Shown here piece after piece: positions 16,320 through 24,511 of a stretch of 62,639 bases of DNA (positions within the stretch are counted from its first letter, which is position 1; each line of letters opens with the position of its first letter). Below the pieces are notes generated by a model that made no database searches, was not told the DNA's origin, and saw only the letters and a program-made list of their open reading frames with translations. The stretch is from an uncultured Clostridia bacterium (GTDB lineage Bacteria; Bacillota; Clostridia; Christensenellales; Borkfalkiaceae), in the NCBI GenBank assembly GCA_947628555.1, contig CANRAI010000001.1:1-62639 (forward strand), written 5' to 3'. Position numbers and translations under genes: made by a program.

Positions 16320-18470
16320 TCAGCCGTTCAGCGCGGCTTCTATTGCTGGACGGAGATCGTCCTTGCCCGCATTGATAATTGCGCCCTGTCTTACGAAAGT
16401 TATTATTCCCTCCGCGTTGGCCACAAGCGTTATGGGATAGGATGACTTACCTCCGCATCTGGTGAATATTTCGTCGCGCATATCCTCGAATCTTCTGTCT
16501 TGGCCGAAGATAATCTGCCAGTTTGACCAAGAAGATTTATTGTTCTTTTCGTTGATTGCGTCGATGAAATATTGAGGATTTTCATCATTGTTCGCATGAA
16601 TGGCTACCATTACTATCCGGTCGCCGTATTCCTCTTTGACCTGTTCGAAGTAAGGAAGTTCTTCAACGCAAGGTCCGCAACTCGTGTACCAGAAGTTGAG
16701 CACGAATACCTTTCCGAGCGCGTCTTTCGAGGAGAATGTTCCCTCTTTGTATGCGCTTTCATACGTATTTACGGTAAAGTCCATGATTTTATCGCCTACG
16801 ACATACCGGGTATCCTTTTGAACCGCCTTTAACTCTTCCTGTATTTCCTCAACCGCAAGCGGGCGGTTGTGGCGGGAATAGAATCTGGCGTTTTCGTTCA
16901 GAAAGACCGTCGTGGGGAACGAGCCGTCGCCGCCACATTCGGCGTATAACCCGATATCTTTCGTATCCTGTATAAACGGTATATCGTATTTGTTCCAGCC
17001 CTCGCTGTCGATTATGCCCTGAACGATTTCTGCGGTGTCGCTGTTTTCTATGTGCACGGCAACCACTTTCGCCGTATCTTTAATCTGTTCTTGAATTTCG
17101 CCCAAAGACGAAAGATAAGTTTTACTTGCTTCGTTGCGCGAGCTCCAAAATACCAGCACGGCGGGTTTTCTGTCGGATTCATAGTCTTGATAGAAATTGT
17201 ATTCGTCGCCGCCGTAAGCCGTAACGTAAGTCTTTGCAGTGAAATCTTCGATTTTCGCGCCTATCGTCGTAAGCGACGAGGGCTGAATGTTGTAATATAC
17301 AATCGCGCCTACGACAACCGCCGTGGCAAGCACCCAGGCAACCGCTTCCAAAATGAAAGCGCGCTTATTCAGCCTTTTCAAAGCAGTTTTGAATTTGCTT
17401 TTGGACGGCGCGGTTTCGGTTGAATTACCGTCATTAACGCTTTCGGGCTGAGTTACGGGTGTCTCTTCGGCAGGTCCTTCCGTTGCCGCATGTGCGACAG
17501 CCGTCTCCGCAGCCACGGTTGTGCCGTTTGTAAGCAATACGTTAAGCGGCTTGATTTCCTCTGCGGGCGCGCCGTTCGCCGCAGACACGGAAACGGACGT
17601 AGCTTTAAGGAATATCTTGCTGCCCTTCCAACTTATCGCCTTTGTGGGGCAAACGCTGATACATTCGCCGCAGTTGATACATTCGTGGTCGCCCACGTGC
17701 TTAATATCCATTTTACAATGGGCTATACATGCGCCGCAGTCGATACATTGGCTTTTATCCAGCTTAACGCCCAAAAGCGCAACTTTGTTAAAGAAACCGT
17801 AAATCGCGCCGAGCGGGCAAATAAAGCGGCAGAACGCCCTGTAAACAAACACGCAAGCCACAATGCAAACGACCAGAAGAATGGATTTCCAACTGAAAAG
17901 ATATCCGAGCATCGCATACAAGTCGGAGTTGCCGGCGTTCGATAAAAGTCCGCCCGCTCCGCCGAACGTGCCCGCGGGACAGATATATTTACAGAATCCG
18001 GGAACATTGTGATAGATAAGCGGCACGGCTATGACAAGCACTATCAAAAATACGTATTTAAGATAGGATAAAAGCCGCGTATATACGCTCTTTTTGACCT
18101 TAGGCGTTCTTACCTTGTATAAAAGTTCCTGGAAGAAGCCGAAAGGACACAAAAATCCGCATATCGTTCTGCCTAATGCAAGTCCGAAAAGGGCGATAAT
18201 TCCGATTATATAATACGGAGTAGTAGTTCCCGAAGAACCGAGCGAATTTTGCAGCGCGCCCAAAGGGCAGGCTACGACCGCGCCGGGACAGGAATAGCAA
18301 TTCAAACCCGGGGTACAAAGCTTTTTTGTGTTGCCCGTATAAATCTGACCTTCGGCGAAGCCTTTAAGGTTTGCGTTAGTAAGTAACGCCGCGTAAACCT
18401 GAATTATTCTCCGACGGGTGGGCAAGTGGTTTTTGAACCAGCTTCCTATTTTAATAAAAAATTGCTTCAT
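16320..18470 (-). CDS. NapH/MauN-like membrane polyferredoxin fused to two thioredoxin-fold (TlpA/ResA-like) domains
   Basis: 716 aa. The N-terminal multi-TM region carries CxxCP-type motifs (CYSCPGAVVACPLG, CKYICPAG, CRFICPLG). Two 4Fe-4S motifs follow (CIDCGACIAHC, CINCGECISVCP), then an extra TM helix. The first Trx-like domain lacks CxxC (VLVFWSSRNEAS). The second has WYTSCGPC, with its Cys codons at 16668-16679. Confidence 0.75.
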   Translation of the reverse strand: MKQFFIKIGSWFKNHLPTRRRIIQVYAALLTNANLKGFAEGQIYTGNTKKLCTPGLNCYSCPGAVVACPLGALQNSLGSSGTTTPYYIIGIIALFGLALGRTICGFLCPFGFFQELLYKVRTPKVKKSVYTRLLSYLKYVFLIVLVIAVPLIYHNVPGFCKYICPAGTFGGAGGLLSNAGNSDLYAMLGYLFSWKSILLVVCIVACVFVYRAFCRFICPLGAIYGFFNKVALLGVKLDKSQCIDCGACIAHCKMDIKHVGDHECINCGECISVCPTKAISWKGSKIFLKATSVSVSAANGAPAEEIKPLNVLLTNGTTVAAETAVAHAATEGPAEETPVTQPESVNDGNSTETAPSKSKFKTALKRLNKRAFILEAVAWVLATAVVVGAIVYYNIQPSSLTTIGAKIEDFTAKTYVTAYGGDEYNFYQDYESDRKPAVLVFWSSRNEASKTYLSSLGEIQEQIKDTAKVVAVHIENSDTAEIVQGIIDSEGWNKYDIPFIQDTKDIGLYAECGGDGSFPTTVFLNENARFYSRHNRPLAVEEIQEELKAVQKDTRYVVGDKIMDFTVNTYESAYKEGTFSSKDALGKVFVLNFWYTSCGPCVEELPYFEQVKEEYGDRIVMVAIHANNDENPQYFIDAINEKNNKSSWSNWQIIFGQDRRFEDMRDEIFTRCGGKSSYPITLVANAEGIITFVRQGAIINAGKDDLRPAIEAALNG

Positions 18471-18471
18471 A

Positions 18472-19416
18472 TCAGCCCAAACCTATACACTCCGTACAAA
18501 TTCTTATAGCCTTGTTGAACACTTCCATGATACTTCCGTTGAAGCAGCCGGCTATGACGAACGCGACGCCGAGGCAGGCTAAGGCTATTCTTATTGCGAG
18601 TATAAAATATTTACTGTGCACTACCGCCGCAACCTTGCCGTAAACGACAGGTTGGGGTCCTTTTATTCCCTTTGTTATGGCTTTTACATGGGGAAGCTGG
18701 CGCTTTGCCGAACGTTTCAGATAAATAACGTAGGCGCATCCCGCCGCATATACCACCGCCGCTACTGGCAGCAGAAAAGCTGCGGCTTTAAGCACTTCCC
18801 CCGTTTTGTTGACGTTGGGGAAATTGGACGGTATGCACATATATATGATTATATATACGACGTATAAAGCCGCAAAAACATAGAGAGCTATGCGCAGCTT
18901 CTTTAATACAGACTGTTCCTTTTTTACAATGCCGAAGGATTCCTTTAATTCCTCCCCGACTTCATCGGGAATCCGCTTCTGCAAGCGGTAAAGAATGTAA
19001 CGTTCGTCGGAAATCCCCGCCCTTTTCTCCGCAACGGGGAAAATTTCCCACAGAATAAGCCCGACAAAAATCAGCCCTATCCAAATCCAAAGGGGCACAG
19101 CCAATATGCCCGAAACGCGCTCGGACACAAGTTCGTATGTAAAAGGACTTGTTAGTCCCTGCGACGTTCCGCCTAAATAGATATCGAGCACTTGCCAAAT
19201 TACAAGCGCTCCGACTATTATGGTGTAAGCAGACATAATTGTTCCGAAAACCATTCTTACTATCACGTTAGTGGAAAGCGGAACATTTTTGTCTTTCGTC
19301 TTATCAATATATCGCAGTACGGAATACACGGTAATAGCCGCGGTAAGCAGTACGACTAATATTATAAGCACAATAATCGGCGCGGCTAACGCACCGGTTG
19401 CAAGTAATTTATTCAT
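18472..19416 (-). CDS. polytopic membrane protein ending in a C-terminal CxxC motif (RICTECIGLG)
   Basis: 314 aa with about 7 predicted TM helices. The last 45 aa resemble the small clostridial CXXC-motif membrane peptides often found next to NapH-like 4Fe-4S genes (from memory, unverified). Its stop lies 1 nt before the start of the next gene. Confidence 0.55.
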   Translation of the reverse strand: MNKLLATGALAAPIIVLIILVVLLTAAITVYSVLRYIDKTKDKNVPLSTNVIVRMVFGTIMSAYTIIVGALVIWQVLDIYLGGTSQGLTSPFTYELVSERVSGILAVPLWIWIGLIFVGLILWEIFPVAEKRAGISDERYILYRLQKRIPDEVGEELKESFGIVKKEQSVLKKLRIALYVFAALYVVYIIIYMCIPSNFPNVNKTGEVLKAAAFLLPVAAVVYAAGCAYVIYLKRSAKRQLPHVKAITKGIKGPQPVVYGKVAAVVHSKYFILAIRIALACLGVAFVIAGCFNGSIMEVFNKAIRICTECIGLG

Positions 19417-19446
19417 ATTTCCTCTTTACGGGATTCAGCCGAAATT

Positions 19447-19710
19447 TCAGCTTAACCACAGATAGGCAAAACAGACCATCAGTCCGAAAATCAGCATTAT
19501 CAAAAGAATTACGGGCACTGCCGCCGCAAACGCGCCGCGAACCATTTGCCAATACTCGCGGCGGCTTATTTTCGGCGGGACTATTCCCTTCTTTTTATCT
19601 TCGAGCCGCTTTTCGAGAGTCGGATCGTACCACTTGAAACCCTCTACGTTCATATTTACGAAAGTCGTAGTCGTATCAAGTTCGGGTTTTTTTTTCTTCT
19701 TTTTGGCCAT
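19447..19710 (-). CDS. small tail-anchored membrane protein with an N-terminal poly-Lys run
   Basis: 87 aa. It begins MAKKKKKKPE... and has a C-terminal TM helix (GAFAAAVPVILLIMLIFGLMV). The coding strand contains an A9 run (19687-19695). Confidence 0.5.
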   Translation of the reverse strand: MAKKKKKKPELDTTTTFVNMNVEGFKWYDPTLEKRLEDKKKGIVPPKISRREYWQMVRGAFAAAVPVILLIMLIFGLMVCFAYLWLS

Positions 19711-19749
19711 TTGCCTTATCTGTGATTGCTCCTTTTCGTTTTATCGCCG

Positions 19750-20949
19750 TTACTGTTCCGAAACGGACGAAGATTCGGTAGGTTGAACGGGAGGCTGAAC
19801 AACAGGCTCTTCGGCAGGTTCTGCGGCAGGTTCTTCAACAGGCTCCGCCGAATGTTTTCCCTTTGCCGCTTTTGCCTTTTCCTCCTCTATCCTTCTCTGC
19901 TCTTCCTCATACTCGGCCCACAGCCTTGCCTCGTCCGCCTCTGAGTTATAAAGGTGGCACGCACAGAAATGTCCTTGCTCGACCTCTTTATATTCGGGGG
20001 CGATTTTGGAACATATTTCCAAGCAGTTGTCGCATCTTGTGTGGAATTTGCAGCCCGAAGGCGGATTGACGGGCGAAGGAATATCGCCCTTTAAGATTAC
20101 GCGGTTCATCTTGACGTGCACGTTGGGAACGGGCACTGCGGAGAACAGCGCTTTTGTATAGGGGTGAAGCGTATTGTTGAATATGCTTTCCTTTGAGCCG
20201 TATTCAACCATGCTGCCGAGATACATTACGCCCACTTCGTCCGAAATGTGCTTAACGACCGACAGGTCGTGGGATATGAATACGTATGTAAGCCCGAGAG
20301 TTTTCCTGAGCTCTATCAGCATATTTATAATCTGCGCCTGTATGGACACGTCCAGCGCCGAAACGGGCTCGTCGCAAATCACGAGTTCGGGTTTTAACGC
20401 AAGGGCGCGGGCTATGCATATACGCTGTCTCTGTCCGCCGGAAAATTCGTGCGGATAACGCTCGAAATAATGAGGTTGAAGCCCGCACATCTTCATTACA
20501 TTTATAACGTAGTCATAGAAGCCGCTTTTATCTACAAGCCCGTGCTGGCGCGCCGCTTCGCCTATGATTTCGCCCACGGTAAGCCTGGGTGAAAGGCTGG
20601 CGTAGGGGTCTTGGAAAATCATTTGCATATTGGGGCGGCGTTTATCGAATTCGCGGTTGGAGAGCGTGGAAATTTTTTCGCCCTTGAACCAAACCTCGCC
20701 CTTTGTAACGTCGTACAGGCGGAGAATCGTTCTGCCCATCGTCGTCTTGCCGCAGCCGCTTTCGCCGACTATACCCAGCGTTTTGCCCTTTTGCAGTTTG
20801 AACGAAACGTTATCTACCGCTTTCAGCCATGCGTTGGGTCTGCCGAAAAAGTTTTTGCCGACGACAAAGTATTTGCATAAATTTCTGACTTCGAGAAAGG
20901 CGTCCGAGCCGTTTTCTTCAATCGGGGTTTTTATTTCTTCGTCAGCCAT
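19750..20949 (-). CDS. oppF: oligopeptide ABC transporter ATP-binding protein (OppF-type) with an acidic/Pro-rich C-terminal tail
   Basis: 399 aa. It has Walker A GESGCGKT, signature FSGGQRQR and Walker B VICDEP. The C-terminal oligo_HPY region carries a Cys cluster (CKFHTRCDNCLEIC...CACH). The roughly 60-aa tail reads EEEQRRIEEE...PAAEPAEEPVVQPP. Confidence 0.85.
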   Translation of the reverse strand: MADEEIKTPIEENGSDAFLEVRNLCKYFVVGKNFFGRPNAWLKAVDNVSFKLQKGKTLGIVGESGCGKTTMGRTILRLYDVTKGEVWFKGEKISTLSNREFDKRRPNMQMIFQDPYASLSPRLTVGEIIGEAARQHGLVDKSGFYDYVINVMKMCGLQPHYFERYPHEFSGGQRQRICIARALALKPELVICDEPVSALDVSIQAQIINMLIELRKTLGLTYVFISHDLSVVKHISDEVGVMYLGSMVEYGSKESIFNNTLHPYTKALFSAVPVPNVHVKMNRVILKGDIPSPVNPPSGCKFHTRCDNCLEICSKIAPEYKEVEQGHFCACHLYNSEADEARLWAEYEEEQRRIEEEKAKAAKGKHSAEPVEEPAAEPAEEPVVQPPVQPTESSSVSEQ

Positions 20950-22276
20950 TGTTCTCCTCCTTAGCTCCTTCCTTATAAAGATAGCATGCTACCTTGTGCG
21001 TAGGCGTAACCTGAACGTATCCGGGGTATTCGCCCGCGCATTTTTCGGTGCACATTTCGCATCTGTCGCGGAAGTAGCAGTAATTGGGCATATTTATGGG
21101 GTTGGGAACGAAGCCCGGGATACAGTAGAGTTCGTCCGCCACTTGATCGACGGTGGGTTTACTCTTCTGCAAACCGATCGTATATGGATGCAGGGGACGG
21201 TCGAAAATGTCCTCGGCAGTGCCCATTTCTATAACCTTGCCGGCGTACATTACGACGACGTAATCGGCCATTTCCGCAACGACGCCCAAATCGTGCGTGA
21301 TGAGCATTATACTGCCGTTTATCTTACCCTTTATCTCCCTTAAAAGGTCGAGAATCTGCGCCTGAATGGTAACGTCGAGCGCCGTAGTGGGTTCGTCCGC
21401 AACTATAAGTTTGGGGTTGCAGAGAAGCGCTATGGCTATCATTACCCTTTGGCGCATACCGCCCGAAAGTTGGTGAGGGAATTTTTTGTAAACGCCCTCC
21501 GGGTCGGCTATGCCGACAAGCTTCAACATTTCAATAGAGCGCTCTTTGACCTTTTCCTTGGAAATTCCCTCGATATGGAGTCTTCCGACTTCGTCAAGCT
21601 GGTTGCCTATCGTGAACACGGGGTTCAGCGAAGTCATAGGCTCCTGGAAAATCATTGAAATTTCCCTGCCGCGAATCATTCGCATGGCTTCGGTGGGCAT
21701 TTTCGCGATATCGACGACCTGAGTTTCCATCTCGTACATGTTGCCGCCGAGTTCGTTCTTTTTGATTATCTTTTTGCCGCGGGAATCCAGCTTGAACTGT
21801 TTATTCCCGTTTTCGTCCAGAATATCGTTGCCGTTTTCGTCAACTTCCGTCTCATATACGGGAATTTTGTTGCCGTGGGAATCCAGCTTGAACATATCCG
21901 CGCGGAAACGAATCGAACCGGACACAATCTGGCCGCTGGGCGCCTGCACAAGCTGCATAAGCGAAAGGGATGTAACGGATTTGCCGCAGCCGCTTTCGCC
22001 GACGACGCCGACGGTAGAGCCGGCGGGCACCGAAAACGTTACGCCGTTTACCGCTTTTACCGTACCTGCGTCCGAGAAGAAGAAAGTATGCAAATCGTCA
22101 AATTCGACAATGTTCCTTTCGTCCTTCATCTCGGTAATGTATTCCTCGGGGCGGATTTTGCGCTTCTTCTGCTTTTCAAAATTCCTTATCTGCCTGGAAT
22201 TATTTTTAGCAATTTCGCGCGATTCCTTGCGGGATATATAATGTTTTTTCTTATCCTGTGATTTTATGTCCGCCAT
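20942..22276 (-). CDS. oppD: oligopeptide ABC transporter ATP-binding protein (OppD-type) with a basic N-terminal extension and a roughly 60-aa insert
   Basis: 444 aa. It has Walker A GESGCGKS, signature LSGGMRQR and Walker B IVADEP, plus a C-terminal Cys cluster ([14 protein letters not shown]...CYLY). The insert lies between Walker A and the Q-loop (nt 21716-21901). Confidence 0.85.
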   Translation of the reverse strand: MADIKSQDKKKHYISRKESREIAKNNSRQIRNFEKQKKRKIRPEEYITEMKDERNIVEFDDLHTFFFSDAGTVKAVNGVTFSVPAGSTVGVVGESGCGKSVTSLSLMQLVQAPSGQIVSGSIRFRADMFKLDSHGNKIPVYETEVDENGNDILDENGNKQFKLDSRGKKIIKKNELGGNMYEMETQVVDIAKMPTEAMRMIRGREISMIFQEPMTSLNPVFTIGNQLDEVGRLHIEGISKEKVKERSIEMLKLVGIADPEGVYKKFPHQLSGGMRQRVMIAIALLCNPKLIVADEPTTALDVTIQAQILDLLREIKGKINGSIMLITHDLGVVAEMADYVVVMYAGKVIEMGTAEDIFDRPLHPYTIGLQKSKPTVDQVADELYCIPGFVPNPINMPNYCYFRDRCEMCTEKCAGEYPGYVQVTPTHKVACYLYKEGAKEENNG

Positions 22277-22279
22277 TTG

Positions 22280-23479
22280 TCACCTCTTCATTTTCGGGTC
22301 GAAAGCGTCGCGCAGACCGTCGCCGACAAAGTTGAAAGCAAGTATAGCCAGGGTAATACAGATACCGGAGCCTATCCACATGTTGGGATAGAATTGCCTG
22401 AATTTCTGTTTTGACGCCGCGTTGATAAGCGTACCCCATGTAGCCGTTTCCAAAGGAGCGCCTATGCCGAGAAAGCCGAGCGTCGCTTCCATTAAAATTA
22501 TACTGCCGAGACCCATAGTCATGGAAACTATAAGCTGAGGAATGACGTTGGGCAAAAGGTGTTTGAATATCTTTGACCTTGTTGACAGACCCGAGCACTT
22601 GGCCGCAAGCATAAATTCCTGCTCGCGCAGCGAAAGTATCTGCCCTCGCACAAGCCTCGCCGTACCTACCCAGCCGATTAGACATAGCGTAGCCATCTCT
22701 ATGTACAGTTTCCATATCGACGCCGTAAGCCCCAATGCGTCCAGCGCCGTGCCGAGAATTATCAAAAGCGGAATCGTCGGGATACAGCTTAACAAATCGA
22801 CTATACGCATAAGTACGTTATCTACCCAGCCGCCGAAATATCCGGCTATGCCGCCTAACACAACGCCCAACAGCGTTTCAAGCAATACGACGACGAAACC
22901 TATCGTAAGCGAAATTCTTCCGCCGTACATAAGCCTTGTAAGGACGTCGCGCCCAAGGTTATCCGTGCCCATCCAGTGATTGCCGGAAACGCCTTCGAGC
23001 ATCGCCATGTTGTCCTGCCAGTCATAGCTGACATAGTATGACTGATATTCCTCCGAAGTGCCGTTCTCCGAAACAATCGTATATGAATACATATTGCCGG
23101 AAACTTTCGGGTCTGTACTCGACATATCGGGGTCAGACTCTCCCCACGGGGAGAACAACGGGCCTACAAAGGCGAACACAAACAACACGATTATAGTTAC
23201 AAGTCCTATAACTGACAGTTTGGAACGGAAGAAACGCTTTGCGACGGTTGCGCCGGGCGACAACGCTTTAACCTTGTCGCCCAGGCTTTCACCGTGTAAA
23301 TCATCCTTATTCTCTCCCTCTTCCGCGTCTGCGGCGGCCATGGCAGAGTTTTCCGCTTCTCTTTTGCTGCGGACATACAGATATATATAAGCCGCTACTG
23401 CCGCAACCAAGAGCACAAGCAGAATTATAAGTACTATATAAGGTGCAGCTAACGCACCTGCTGCAAGCAAACTATTCAT
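22280..23479 (-). CDS. oppC: oligopeptide ABC transporter permease (OppC-type) with an extra N-terminal TM helix and an acidic linker
   Basis: 399 aa. The OppC_N-like TM1 (RFFRSKLSVIGLVTIIVLF) is preceded by about 75 additional residues. A BPD_transp_1 core is present. Confidence 0.85.
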   Translation of the reverse strand: MNSLLAAGALAAPYIVLIILLVLLVAAVAAYIYLYVRSKREAENSAMAAADAEEGENKDDLHGESLGDKVKALSPGATVAKRFFRSKLSVIGLVTIIVLFVFAFVGPLFSPWGESDPDMSSTDPKVSGNMYSYTIVSENGTSEEYQSYYVSYDWQDNMAMLEGVSGNHWMGTDNLGRDVLTRLMYGGRISLTIGFVVVLLETLLGVVLGGIAGYFGGWVDNVLMRIVDLLSCIPTIPLLIILGTALDALGLTASIWKLYIEMATLCLIGWVGTARLVRGQILSLREQEFMLAAKCSGLSTRSKIFKHLLPNVIPQLIVSMTMGLGSIILMEATLGFLGIGAPLETATWGTLINAASKQKFRQFYPNMWIGSGICITLAILAFNFVGDGLRDAFDPKMKR

Positions 23480-23487
23480 ATTTTCTC

Positions 23488-24486
23488 CTATTTCCCGAGC
23501 TTGACTCGAGGGTCAACTACGGCGTACATAATGTCCGAAAGCAGAATACCGAGTATGGTAAGAATCGCGATGAACATATTATATCCCATTGCGAGGGGTA
23601 TATCGCCCTGAATAAGGGAGTCGTACGTTATTTTACCTATACCGGGAATACCGAATACCGTTTCGGTTATCATTGCGCCGCCGAACAGCATGGGAAGGGT
23701 CGAAGCCATAACCGTTACCAAAGGTATCATGGTGTTACGGAATACGTGCTTATAGATGACTTTGTTTTCGGAAAGTCCCTTTGCGCGAGCCGTTCTTATG
23801 TAATCGGCGTTTAGCACTTCAAGGGTATTGGTACGCTGGTAACGCATGTAAGAACCTACGTTCAGCATTACCAATACTATCATGGGCAAAATCAAATGCC
23901 ACATCATATCGCCGAATACCAGAAAACCGGAAGCGTTTGACGGTAGGTTAGACGAAATACCCGAAATGGGGAACCAGCCCAAATCTTCCGAGAACCATTT
24001 AATAAACAGGTTGCCGAGGAAGAACGTGGGGAACGCCATCAAGGTCATACATACGACGGTTGCTACGTAGTCAAGCTTGCCGTATTGGTTTACCGCGCAC
24101 TTTACTCCGAGAGGAATTGCTATCAACAATTCGAGAATCATAGATACGAATGCAACGCCGAAGGAAATACCCATGTACTGCGAAATAACTTTGGATACAG
24201 GTTGAAGCTGAACCCAAGATTCCCCAAGGTCGCCCTGTAAAGCCGAACCGAGCCATCTGAAATATCCCTTTATGATACCCCAAAAACTTTCGTCGTCCAA
24301 GCCGTACTGCACCTTCATTTTTTGAAGCACTTCCTCGCTCATACCCGTGCCGCCTCCGGCGAGAGTCGCAAATTTACCCTCTACAAAGTCGGTGGGCATC
24401 ATTCTCAGTATGAAATAGATAATCATTGTGACGCCGAGAATGATGAACACGGAAAGGAGAAGTCTTTTTATTATATATTTAACCAT
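23488..24486 (-). CDS. oppB: oligopeptide ABC transporter permease (OppB-type)
   Basis: 332 aa with the typical N-terminus MVKYIIKRLLLSVFIILGVTMIIY and the EAA-loop region (YIRTARAKGLSE). Confidence 0.9.
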   Translation of the reverse strand: MVKYIIKRLLLSVFIILGVTMIIYFILRMMPTDFVEGKFATLAGGGTGMSEEVLQKMKVQYGLDDESFWGIIKGYFRWLGSALQGDLGESWVQLQPVSKVISQYMGISFGVAFVSMILELLIAIPLGVKCAVNQYGKLDYVATVVCMTLMAFPTFFLGNLFIKWFSEDLGWFPISGISSNLPSNASGFLVFGDMMWHLILPMIVLVMLNVGSYMRYQRTNTLEVLNADYIRTARAKGLSENKVIYKHVFRNTMIPLVTVMASTLPMLFGGAMITETVFGIPGIGKITYDSLIQGDIPLAMGYNMFIAILTILGILLSDIMYAVVDPRVKLGK

Positions 24487-24511
24487 TGTTCCAATCCTTT
24501 AAGGTTATTTA

